NCBI RefSeq assembly: GCF_000012925.1
Contig: NC_007517.1
Span: 3,090,001-3,122,000 of the forward strand
Source of the DNA: Geobacter metallireducens GS-15
GTDB taxonomy: Bacteria > Desulfobacterota > Desulfuromonadia > Geobacterales > Geobacteraceae
Length of the DNA stretch: 32,000 nucleotides
Direction: 5' to 3'
Below are positions 1 through 7,903 of the stretch, piece by piece. A program made the translations under genes and the position numbers. The stretch's first letter is position 1. Every line of letters starts with the position of its first letter. Under the pieces are notes generated by a model. It was not told where the DNA came from, ran no database searches, and saw only the letters and a list, made by a program, of their open reading frames with translations.

Positions 1-805
1 ACCTGACGAGACGGACCCGCTCCGGGGTGAGCCCCGCGACAGGGAGAATGTCGAGGAGTTGGGGGAACTCCCGCCAGGTGTCGCGGGTGTAGTTCCCGCC
101 GATGGCGATGCCGATCAGGCCGCACACCTCCCGCAGGTTGGCGATGATCGCGGCAAAGCTCCCCTCTCCCGAGACAAAGGGACGCAGCCGGTCATGGATT
201 TGCGGCGGGCCGTCGAGGGTCACCTTGGCGCCGTCCAGGCCGAGGGGGAGAAGATCTTTCACCAGCGTCCGGGTGAGGAGGGTACCGTTGGTGACCAGGC
301 TGAAGGAAAACCGGTCGCCGCCGGTCGCCCGCAGCGGTCCGGCGATCCGGCGGATCAGGTCGGGGCGCAGCAGCGCCTCGCCGCCGTAGAAATTGAGCGA
401 GACCCTCCGTCCCCGGGCCAGGTGTTCCCGCTCCACCAAGGATACGAAGAGGTCGGCGGTCTCCCCGTCCATCTGGCGCAGGCTCGGCTGATTCGCCTCG
501 AAGCAGTAAGGGCAGGCGAGGTTGCAGGCCCGGGTCAGGACCACCACGGCGCTGCAGCGGCGCCGCCGCGCGTTGATCCGGTCGAACCAGGCGAGCATCT
601 CCCGCTGCTCCGTTCCCGGGTCTTCGGCGAGAAAGCCGTGGCGGGAGAGGGTTTCGGCGGGCTTAGGCGAAAGGGTGCCGCCGCGGGCGGCTTCGAGGAG
701 GGGGGCGGGTACGCGGAGCACCGCTCCGGTGCGGCAGGAGAAGAGAATGAGATGGCCCGGCTGCTCCGTGCAGGGGAAGACTTTCACGTGGCGGGAGAGG
801 ATCAT
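1..805 (-). CDS. Radical SAM enzyme, probable peptide (RiPP) maturase; N-terminal 268 aa, 3' end beyond window
   Basis: The minus frame is open from the window edge to the ATG at 805-803. It is not in the ORF track because it runs off the window. My translation is MILSRHVKVFPCTEQ...RRRCSAVVVLTRACNLACPYCFEANQPS...LNFYGGEALL...GAKVTLDGPPQIHD. It carries the canonical CxxxCxxC motif at C94/C98/C101 and a GGE-like SAM motif. About 90 aa precede the cluster. The listed + ORF 59..847 is its antisense shadow. Confidence 0.85.
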   Translation of the reverse strand, partial: MILSRHVKVFPCTEQPGHLILFSCRTGAVLRVPAPLLEAARGGTLSPKPAETLSRHGFLAEDPGTEQREMLAWFDRINARRRRCSAVVVLTRACNLACPYCFEANQPSLRQMDGETADLFVSLVEREHLARGRRVSLNFYGGEALLRPDLIRRIAGPLRATGGDRFSFSLVTNGTLLTRTLVKDLLPLGLDGAKVTLDGPPQIHDRLRPFVSGEGSFAAIIANLREVCGLIGIAIGGNYTRDTWREFPQLLDILPVAGLTPERVRLVR

Positions 806-820
806 GGCTACCCCCAAAAG

Positions 821-845
821 AGCCGGGGGAACCCGTCCCCCGGCT
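821..845 (-). terminator. GC-rich hairpin with a short U-tract between the peptide gene and the radical SAM gene (leaky terminator/attenuator)
   Basis: The minus strand reads AGCCGGGGG-ACGGGTT-CCCCCGGCT followed by CTTTTG. That is a 9-bp stem with a 7-nt loop. It lies 30 nt after the peptide stop and 16 nt before the maturase ATG. Confidence 0.6.
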
Positions 846-875
846 AAATACACCGCACGCCATCGCAAGCATCCG

Positions 876-980
876 TTAAAAGAAGAAAGCAACACTCACC
901 GTGCAACAGGCCAGGGGCCCATCGGCCGACTCCTCAACCCCTTCGTCGAGAACAACCACTTCCTCACGTTCCTCAGTCAT
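876..980 (-). CDS. 34-aa candidate RiPP precursor peptide (acidic leader, Cys-Cys hydrophobic C-terminus)
   Basis: ATG at 980-978 and TAA at 878-876. My translation is MTEEREEVVVLDEGVEESADGPLACCTVSVAFFF. A GGAGG Shine-Dalgarno sits 8 nt upstream (aacGGAAGGAGGtgagcgccATG). It lies immediately upstream of, and co-oriented with, the radical SAM gene. It is too short for the ORF track. Confidence 0.7.
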   Translation of the reverse strand: MTEEREEVVVLDEGVEESADGPLACCTVSVAFFF

Positions 981-1131
981 GGCGCTCACCTCCTTCCGTT
1001 GACCTCGCCTTGGCGGCAGCAGCAAAATAACGGGTGACACAACAAAACTTTCCTGCTAAAAATCCGGAAAATTGTTCTCACCTCGCGCAACGTCAAATAA
1101 CCAGGACCCATAACATTCACAAGCAACTCAC

Positions 1132-3084
1132 ATGCCCGAATCGCCATCAATCAACGACGTTATTGAATCCTCCCACCCCCCCTTGGGGAGCCGGGCAAAT
1201 ACGTCGTTGATTCGCATGGTTATCTCGGCACTTCTCGTCTGTTTCACCCTTCTTTTCACCGGTGCCCCCCCCCTCCACGCCGCAGAGGAGAGTGACTCAA
1301 ATTTGTTGGAGCTCTACTACGAGCCCAGCGATTTGGCGGTATCAGCCGCCACCCGCTCCCCCCGCCCCCTTTCCCGCAGCGCCGAAGACATCACCGTGGT
1401 CACCGCCGCGGAGATCGAGGCCCAGAACGCCCATAACCTGGCAGAGGTGCTGAACAGGGTCCCCGGGGTCCAGGTCGACCTGCGGGGTGGACTCGTCACC
1501 GACTACTCGCTGCTGGGCTCCAGTTTCCGCCATGTCCTGGTCCTCGTGGATGGCGTCTCCATGAGCAATCTGTCCGACAACGCCGCGGTCATCGCCCAGA
1601 TCCCGGTGGGGAACATCGAACGGATCGAAATCGTGAAGGGGCCGGCCTCCACGGCCTGGGGCTCCGCCCTGGGGGGGGTCATCAACGTTATCACTAAATC
1701 CCCCCGGGAAACTGCCATCCCCGGCGGGTCCGCCTCCTTCTCCGGGGGGGAGCGCGGCACCCGCGACGCCCAAGGCGAGCTGACCGGGACCATGGGACGG
1801 CTGGGCTACTACCTCTCGGGCGGCAACGTCCGGTCCGACGGCTTCCGCCCCCATAATGCCTCCGACAGCAACAACCTCTATGCCAAGCTCCTCTGGAGCC
1901 TCCGCGACAAGGGGAGCATCCGCTTCACCATCAACTACCTCAAGGGTGCAGCGGGCGAAGGGGTCTTCCCGCTCCCCGCCCGGCTGCTCCCCATTCTGTC
2001 CGAAGGCACAGTCACCTCCGATTTAGAGACAAGCCGACTCACCTCGACCCTTGCCCTGAATTACCACCTCACCGAGCGGCTCGCCCTTGACCTTGCTCTC
2101 AAAGGCTCCCTCCTTGACGCGGATAGCAGGCGTTACTTCCTGACTTCCGGCGACACATTCCAACTCGTCGACAATAAGGAGGAAGCCGCCGGAGCGAGTG
2201 CTCTCCTCACGTGGCGGCAGGGGCTCCACACGGTGGTCGGCGGCATGGATTTCGACCACGGCCACACAAAAACCAGTAGCGACACCTTCACCCTGCTCGG
2301 CACCTTCCCCGCGCCGAGCGAGGGGACCAACGACAAGTGGGGCTTCTTCCTGAACGACACCATCGCCTGGGAGCGGTTCACCCTCACCCCGGCGCTGCGT
2401 TATGACCGGACCAGCCGCGATGGCGAGTTCTGGAGCCAGAGCCTCGGGGCAACCGTCAACCTCACCGACCGGACCCTCCTGCGGGCCAACTACGCCCGGG
2501 GGTACAGCCTGTCGACCATCAATTTCGACCCGGCCTTCACCAACGAACGGATCTGGGCAATCCACGCGGGAATCGAGACGACGGAAATCCCCTTCCTCTG
2601 GCTCAAGGCGGGATGGTTCCGCAACACGGCCCGGGATGTCGCCGTCAACGGTGAACGGCTGAGACTGCTCAAGGAAGGGTTCGAGGTGGAGGCCCGCACC
2701 ACCCCCTTCTTTGATACCTGGCTCTCCCTGGGCTACGTCTTCATCGACGCCAGGAACGCCGACACCGACCGGCGGCTTCAGGAAATTCCCCGCCAGACGT
2801 GGGACCTGGGGCTCCACTATGACGACCGCACCTTCCGGGGCGCCCTCCTGGGGCACTATATCTGGTGGAACGAACCCTCGACGAGGGGCGGCATTGCGTT
2901 CAATGCCCGCTACGATGACTTCATCTGGGACCTGAACCTGGGGTGGAAGGCCTACAAGGGTCAAAACGCCGAAGCGGAGCTCTTCTTCACGGGCCACAAC
3001 CTGTTCAACGGCAGGCAGTACACGAACGAAATCTTCGTCAACCCCAGCCGCTGGTTCGAAGGCGGCCTCCGCATCAAGTGGTAA
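1132..3084 (+). CDS. TonB-dependent outer-membrane receptor (small, ~620-650 aa)
   Basis: Plug-domain signature DITVVTAAEIEAQNAHNLAEVLNRVPGVQV and IERIEIVKGPAS, a beta-barrel-type sequence, and a terminal aromatic residue (GGLRIKW). The signal peptide MVISALLVCFTLLFTGAPPLHA/AEE suggests the true start may be the ATG at 1216. Confidence 0.9.
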   Translation: MPESPSINDVIESSHPPLGSRANTSLIRMVISALLVCFTLLFTGAPPLHAAEESDSNLLELYYEPSDLAVSAATRSPRPLSRSAEDITVVTAAEIEAQNAHNLAEVLNRVPGVQVDLRGGLVTDYSLLGSSFRHVLVLVDGVSMSNLSDNAAVIAQIPVGNIERIEIVKGPASTAWGSALGGVINVITKSPRETAIPGGSASFSGGERGTRDAQGELTGTMGRLGYYLSGGNVRSDGFRPHNASDSNNLYAKLLWSLRDKGSIRFTINYLKGAAGEGVFPLPARLLPILSEGTVTSDLETSRLTSTLALNYHLTERLALDLALKGSLLDADSRRYFLTSGDTFQLVDNKEEAAGASALLTWRQGLHTVVGGMDFDHGHTKTSSDTFTLLGTFPAPSEGTNDKWGFFLNDTIAWERFTLTPALRYDRTSRDGEFWSQSLGATVNLTDRTLLRANYARGYSLSTINFDPAFTNERIWAIHAGIETTEIPFLWLKAGWFRNTARDVAVNGERLRLLKEGFEVEARTTPFFDTWLSLGYVFIDARNADTDRRLQEIPRQTWDLGLHYDDRTFRGALLGHYIWWNEPSTRGGIAFNARYDDFIWDLNLGWKAYKGQNAEAELFFTGHNLFNGRQYTNEIFVNPSRWFEGGLRIKW

Positions 3085-3104
3085 CGGAAACTATTTAGGA
3101 ACGC

Positions 3105-3968
3105 ATGAACCGACTGATCCTCCACATACTCGCTGTACTGCTCCTCTGGGGCTTCCCGGCTTTCGCCGCGGAAGTCGTGGTGGTGCAGGGCGAGCGCCTG
3201 GCACCCTTCGAGGCCGCATTCCACGGCTTCAAGGACACGGCCGGCGTGCGTTCCGTGGAGCGGTTCGTGCTCTCCGACCTTCGGGGTGCCGACGTGGTCC
3301 GGGCCGTGCGGGAGGCCCGCCCCCGGCTGGTGCTGGCAGTGGGGCGCGACGCCCTGGCGAGGGTGCGGGATATTCGCGAGATTCCGGTGGTCTACGTGAT
3401 GGTGCCCCCCTCCGCAACCGCCGACGCCACGGGACGCAACGTGACCGGCATCGAGATGGACGTGCCGGCGGAGCGCTACCTCTCCCTCTGCGGAAATGGG
3501 CTGGGTGGCAAGCGTGTGGGGATCATCTACAACCCGGCCAAGACCGGTGCGCTGGTGCAGGAGGCCCGCCAGGCGGCGGAGCGGCTCGGCATCACCCTGG
3601 TGGTCCGCAGGGCCGACGACCCCCGCGAGGCGGTCCGTGAGCTTTCCTCCCTCAAGGGGAAGGTGGACACCCTCTGGCTCCTCCCCGACCCGACGGTGGT
3701 GACCCGCGACACCATGGAGTCCTTCGCCCTCTTCTCCCAGCAAAACCGGGTGCCGGTGGTGGCCTTTGCCGCCAAGTACCTGCAGCAGGGGGCCGTTGCC
3801 GCCATCGAGGTGGACCCGGCCGACATGGGACGGCAGGCCGGCCGCATGGCCCGCCGCATCCTGGACGGCGCTTCGCCCCAAGCGGAAACGCCGGAGCATC
3901 CCGCAAAGACGCGCCTGAAGGTGAACCACTCCGTGGCGCAGCACTTGGGCATCACGTTGAAGGAGTAA
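3105..3968 (+). CDS. Periplasmic ABC-type substrate-binding-like protein (PF04392/ABC_sub_bind type)
   Basis: Signal peptide MNRLILHILAVLLLWGFPAFA/AE. The sequence pattern (VGIIYNP..., VDTLWLLPD, VPVVAF) is typical of this family as I remember it. It starts 20 nt after the TBDR stop. Confidence 0.7.
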   Translation: MNRLILHILAVLLLWGFPAFAAEVVVVQGERLAPFEAAFHGFKDTAGVRSVERFVLSDLRGADVVRAVREARPRLVLAVGRDALARVRDIREIPVVYVMVPPSATADATGRNVTGIEMDVPAERYLSLCGNGLGGKRVGIIYNPAKTGALVQEARQAAERLGITLVVRRADDPREAVRELSSLKGKVDTLWLLPDPTVVTRDTMESFALFSQQNRVPVVAFAAKYLQQGAVAAIEVDPADMGRQAGRMARRILDGASPQAETPEHPAKTRLKVNHSVAQHLGITLKE

Positions 3969-3974
3969 CCCCCC

Positions 3975-5546
3975 ATGGATAAGAACTCCCCCTGTGATTC
4001 TTCCCAACCGGCGAACCCCACCCCGCCACGGGACGTCCGCGGGAGCTTTCGCGCCAAACTCTTCTCGGCGACAGCCGCCGGCATCGTTATCCTCTCGGCT
4101 GTTTCCATCGTCTTCTTCCTCACCAACCAGCACGCCATACTCCACGAGAATCTTGTCACCGAGGGTCAGCTCCTGACCCGCCTCCTTGCCCATAACGCCC
4201 GTCTGGGGCTCTTTGCCGCCAACCGCGACCAGCTCGCCGACCTGGCCGATGGGGTGATACGGACCCCCGACGTGCTGGAGGTAACCATCGTCGACCGGGA
4301 TGGCCGGACCCTGGCCCGCGCGGCGCGGCAATCGGTGAGCGATGGCGGGAGCAGCGCCGCCCTGACGCAGGAGTTTTCGGAGCCGGTCTTCGCGCTCCAG
4401 GGCAAGGGGAACGATGATGACCTCTACTTCTCGCCGGCGCAACAGCCGCCCCAGGCCGGCCAGCGCCTCGGGACGGTGCGGGTCGTGATGGATGAAGAGA
4501 AGGTCCATGCCCACGTCCGCCGCCTCACCGCCACGGCGGTCATTGGGGCGCTGGCGTTTCTGGCCGTTGGAATGGGGCTGGTCTACTTGATCATCCGCGG
4601 CATCACCCGTCCCCTCACCCACCTGTCGGATGAGGTCAGGGCCATCGAAAGGGGAGAGACGAACGTACTCCTCCCGGTGGAATCGGAGGACGAGATCGGC
4701 GAGCTCACCGCATCCTACAACCGGATGGTGAACGCCCTCAGGCAGCGGCGGGAGGAACGGGACGAGGCGGAGAGGCAGTTGCGGGAGCTGAATGCCCGTC
4801 TGGAGGATAAGGTCATTGACCGGACCGCCCAGCTGGAGGCGGTGAACCGGGAACTGGAGTCGTTCAGCTATTCGGCCGCCCATGACCTGCGGGCGCCGCT
4901 CTTGCGCCTGAACGGCCTCTGCAAGGCCCTGAAGGAGGACTGCGGCGAGCGGCTCGACGAGGAGGCCCGCGCGTATATCCGGCGCATCGCCACGGTGGGA
5001 AGGCAGATGGAGCGGGTGATCTCGACCATGTCGACCCTGTTCAACGTGCAGCGGCGGGGAATGACCTGCCGGGAGATGGACCTGGGCGCCATGGTGCGGG
5101 CGATCGTCGCGACGCTGCGGCAGGCCGATCCCCTGCGGGAGGTGGCGCTGACGGTGGGGCCAGAAGTGACGGCCCACGGCGACACGGAACTCATCTGGAC
5201 GGCCCTGGAGAACATGGTGGGGAACGCCTGGAAGTTCACGTCACGCACCCCCGATGCCCGCATCGAGTTCGGCAGCATCGAGCGGGACGGGGAGAAGGTC
5301 TTCCTCCTGAAAGACAACGGGGTCGGTTTCGACATGGCCTATGTGGGCAAACTGTTCAAGCCCTTCGAGCGGCTCCACGGCCCCGATGAGTTCCCCGGCA
5401 CCGGGGTGGGGCTCGCCATCGTTCACCGGGTCATGGAACGCCACGACGGCCGCGTCTGGCTCGAAAGCACGCCGGGGGCCGGAACCACCTGTTACTTCAC
5501 TCTGCCTTCCTGCTCGACGTCGACCACGAAAACAACATCTTTTTGA
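3975..5546 (+). CDS. Membrane sensor histidine kinase (two TM segments, HAMP, HisKA, HATPase_c)
   Basis: HAMP region (ITRPLTHLSDEVRAIERGE...IGELTASYNRMVNAL), coiled coil, H-box [20 protein letters not shown]-box LENMVGNAWKF, and G-boxes DNGVGFD and GTGVGLAIV. Confidence 0.9.
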   Translation: MDKNSPCDSSQPANPTPPRDVRGSFRAKLFSATAAGIVILSAVSIVFFLTNQHAILHENLVTEGQLLTRLLAHNARLGLFAANRDQLADLADGVIRTPDVLEVTIVDRDGRTLARAARQSVSDGGSSAALTQEFSEPVFALQGKGNDDDLYFSPAQQPPQAGQRLGTVRVVMDEEKVHAHVRRLTATAVIGALAFLAVGMGLVYLIIRGITRPLTHLSDEVRAIERGETNVLLPVESEDEIGELTASYNRMVNALRQRREERDEAERQLRELNARLEDKVIDRTAQLEAVNRELESFSYSAAHDLRAPLLRLNGLCKALKEDCGERLDEEARAYIRRIATVGRQMERVISTMSTLFNVQRRGMTCREMDLGAMVRAIVATLRQADPLREVALTVGPEVTAHGDTELIWTALENMVGNAWKFTSRTPDARIEFGSIERDGEKVFLLKDNGVGFDMAYVGKLFKPFERLHGPDEFPGTGVGLAIVHRVMERHDGRVWLESTPGAGTTCYFTLPSCSTSTTKTTSF

Positions 5547-5692
5547 ATAACACGGAGAAACGGAGAGCACGGAGAAGCCCATACCCTGTAGTTTTTGTTC
5601 AGCAATCAGAAGACACCATCAACCAAGTTGATTGTGACTGACATACCCGATTTTGCTCCGTGTCCTCCGTCTCTCCGTGTTATATTTTTTTT
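5547..5692. repeat. ~137-bp inverted-repeat element with triple-heptad arms, followed by T8
   Basis: The left arm at 5547-5574 is ATAACACGGAGAAACGGAGAGCACGGAG, which contains 3x ACGGAGA. The right arm at 5656-5683 is CTCCGTGTCCTCCGTCTCTCCGTGTTAT. Its reverse complement matches the left arm at 25/28 positions. The run TTTTTTTT at 5685-5692 follows. Confidence 0.8.
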
Positions 5693-5746
5693 GAATTATT
5701 TCCTCTTTACGACAACTATTCCATCCCTTGCAATCGTGAGGTTCCC

Positions 5747-7762
5747 ATGCCCACTGAAATACGACGCTCCGTCTGCCCCTACGACTGCCCCGACACCTGC
5801 GGCCTCCTGGTGGAGGTGGAGGACGGCCGGGCCATGCGCGTTTCCGGCGACCCGGAGCACCCCTTCACCCGGGGCACCCTCTGCCCCAAGATGCTCCACT
5901 ATGAGAAGACGGCCCACTCCCCCCTGCGCCTCACAACCCCCCTCGTCCGCATCGGCCCCAAGGGGAAGGGGGAGTTCCGCGCCGCCACCTGGAACGAGGC
6001 TGTTGCCATAATCGCGGCCCGCTGGCGGGAGATTATCTCCGGCTACGGGGCCGAGGCAATCCTCCCCTACTCCTACGCCGGAACCATGGGGCTCGTGCAC
6101 CGCAACTGCGGCCACGCGTTCTTCCACCGGCTGGGGGCGTCACGGCTCGACAGGACCATCTGCTCGCCGGCCAAGGAGGCGGGGTGGAAGGCAATCATGG
6201 GGGATACGCCGTCCCCCCACCCGGACGAGGTGGCGGAAAGCGATCTGGTGATCCTCTGGGGGATCAATGCGGCGGCCACCAACATCCACTTCCTCCATGG
6301 AGTCAGGGAGACAAGGAAGCGGGGCGCCCAGGTCTGGCTCATCGACACCTATGAGACCCCCACCGCCGCCGCGGCGGACCGGGTCATCCTCTCCCGCCCC
6401 GGGAGCGACGGCGCCCTGGCCCTGGGGATGATGCACGTCATCGCCCGGGAAGGGCTCATCGACAAGGCCTTCGTGGAGGAGCGGATCCAGGGCTTTGCCG
6501 AACTGGCGGAGCAGATCCTCCCCGGCTACCCGCCGGAGCGGGTGAGCGCCATCACCGGTGTTCCCGCTTCGGTCATCGAAGATATGGCGCGCTGCTACGC
6601 CCGGGCGCAAGCCCCCTTCATCCGGCTGGGGAGCGGGCTCTCCCGCTACGGCAACGGCGCCATGACGGTCCGCACCATCTGTGCGCTGCCGGCCCTGGTG
6701 GGGGCCTACGGAAAGCGGGGGGGAGGGCTCCTGGCCTCCACCAGCACCGGCGCCGCCTTTGCCATGAAGGAGGTGACCCGGGAGGACTTCATGCTGCGCC
6801 CCACCCGGATCGTGAACATGAACCGCCTGGGGCACGCCCTGACGGAGCTGTCCGACCCGCCAGTGAAGTCCCTCTACGTCTACCACTCAAACCCGGCATC
6901 GGTGACCCCGGACCAGAACGCGATCCTTCGAGGACTTGCCCGCAACGACCTCTTCACCGTGGTGCACGATCGGTTCATGACCGACACGGCCCGCTGGGCC
7001 GACGTGGTGCTCCCCGCCTGCTCGTCCCTGGAGACGGGGGATGTCTACCGGGCCTACGGCACCTACTGCATCCAGCGTGCATGGCCGGCCATCCCGCCAG
7101 TGGGGGAGAGCAGGTCCAACTGGGACACCTTCGCGTTTCTGGCCGAGGCCATGGGGTTCGACGAACCGTACTTCAGCCAGACCGAGGAGGAGATCATCGA
7201 GCACCTTGTAGCGATCCCCGCCCCCATGAGGGATGGGATCGACCTGGCCCGCTTCGAGGAAGGGAAGGGGGTGGAGCTTCCCCTGGCCCCGGACGCCCCC
7301 CGCACCTTCCGGACCCCGTCGGGGAAGGTGGAAATCCTCAACCACCGGGAGCCGGAACCCCTTCCCCGGCATCTCCCCACCCACGAGGAAGAGGGGAATC
7401 TCCCCCTCATGCTCATGACCGCGCCGACCCTCTACGCCCTCAACGCCTCCTTCTACGAGCAGGATGAACTACGGGAAAGACAGGGGGGGATGCGCCTCAT
7501 GGTGAACCCGGTCGAGGCCGGGACGCGGGGAATCGGGGACGGCGAGCGGGTGATCGCCTGCAACGAACGGGGCAAAGTGGAGTTCACCCTTGCGGTGACC
7601 GACCGGGTCCCTCCCGGCGTGGCCGTGGCCGAGGGAGTCTGGTGGTCGGAGCACGCCCCCGGCGACCGGACCGTGAACGCCCTCACCAGCCAGCGCCTCA
7701 CCGACCGGGGGAACGGGAGCACGTTCTATGACACGAGGATAGAGGTGAAGAAAGCGAGATAG
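5747..7762 (+). CDS. Molybdopterin (bis-MGD) oxidoreductase family protein, cytoplasmic (no Tat signal)
   Basis: The N-terminal 4Fe-4S motif is MPTEIRRSVCPYDCPDTCGLLVEV...GTLCPKM. It has the length and conserved blocks of the COG0243 family. I prefer the ATG at 5747 because the 5660 extension reads through the repeat element. Confidence 0.85.
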   Translation: MPTEIRRSVCPYDCPDTCGLLVEVEDGRAMRVSGDPEHPFTRGTLCPKMLHYEKTAHSPLRLTTPLVRIGPKGKGEFRAATWNEAVAIIAARWREIISGYGAEAILPYSYAGTMGLVHRNCGHAFFHRLGASRLDRTICSPAKEAGWKAIMGDTPSPHPDEVAESDLVILWGINAAATNIHFLHGVRETRKRGAQVWLIDTYETPTAAAADRVILSRPGSDGALALGMMHVIAREGLIDKAFVEERIQGFAELAEQILPGYPPERVSAITGVPASVIEDMARCYARAQAPFIRLGSGLSRYGNGAMTVRTICALPALVGAYGKRGGGLLASTSTGAAFAMKEVTREDFMLRPTRIVNMNRLGHALTELSDPPVKSLYVYHSNPASVTPDQNAILRGLARNDLFTVVHDRFMTDTARWADVVLPACSSLETGDVYRAYGTYCIQRAWPAIPPVGESRSNWDTFAFLAEAMGFDEPYFSQTEEEIIEHLVAIPAPMRDGIDLARFEEGKGVELPLAPDAPRTFRTPSGKVEILNHREPEPLPRHLPTHEEEGNLPLMLMTAPTLYALNASFYEQDELRERQGGMRLMVNPVEAGTRGIGDGERVIACNERGKVEFTLAVTDRVPPGVAVAEGVWWSEHAPGDRTVNALTSQRLTDRGNGSTFYDTRIEVKKAR

Positions 7763-7820
7763 CAAGTAGCGAAGTAGCAAGTAGTAAGAAACAATAACTA
7801 TCTCGTTATCTCGCTATTTT
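7753..7820 (+). terminator. Stem (AGCGAGATA/TATCTCGCT) enclosing heptad repeats, followed by ATTTT; probable terminator of the oxidoreductase gene
   Basis: 7753-7761 AGCGAGATA pairs with 7807-7815 TATCTCGCT. The loop holds GCAAGTA/GCGAAGTA/GCAAGTA/GTAAG repeats at 7761-7788 and a duplicated TATCTCG. A T4 run follows. Confidence 0.45.
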
Positions 7821-7822
7821 AC

Positions 7823-7849
7823 TAAAGTTCCCTCAATGCCAGCCGATAC
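7823..7849 (+). promoter_or_regulatory. Sigma28 (FliA)-type promoter for cheV
   Basis: The sequence is TAAAGTTC-N11-GCCGATAC. The enterobacterial consensus is TAAAGTTT-N11-GCCGATAA, so 14/16 positions match with exact spacing. It lies ~55 nt upstream of the cheV ATG. Confidence 0.75.
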
Positions 7850-7903
7850 GAGTATCAGGCCTTCGGTCGGAAGGCAGATCACAGCGACGAGGGGAACGCG
7901 CCC

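Noticed and set aside
59-1037. 262-aa and 171-aa plus-strand ORFs at the left edge
   Set aside because: The opposite strand encodes a radical SAM protein with an unambiguous CxxxCxxC motif, plus the small peptide gene. The + frames lack any motif.
1040-1131. A Fur-box-like sequence (gaaaattgttctcac) upstream of the TonB-dependent receptor
   Set aside because: By my count it matches a 15-nt stretch of the Fur consensus at only ~9/15 positions, which is too weak to call.
2961-5177. 738-aa minus-strand ORF spanning the TBDR end, the binding-protein gene and the kinase gene
   Set aside because: It is antisense to three well-supported + strand genes. The sequence is Arg/Gly/Pro/His-rich and low-complexity, typical of GC-driven shadow ORFs, and has no recognisable motifs.
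5547-5746. A possible Moco (molybdenum cofactor) riboswitch upstream of the molybdoenzyme gene
   Set aside because: The position is suggestive. However, I could not recognise the conserved Moco-motif core as I remember it, and the region is dominated by a simple heptad-based inverted repeat. An Infernal/Rfam scan is needed, so I do not claim it.
5547-7820. Heptad repeats as a possible CRISPR array or minisatellite
   Set aside because: The units are only 7-8 nt long with 3-4 copies. There is no spacer/repeat architecture and there are no cas genes.
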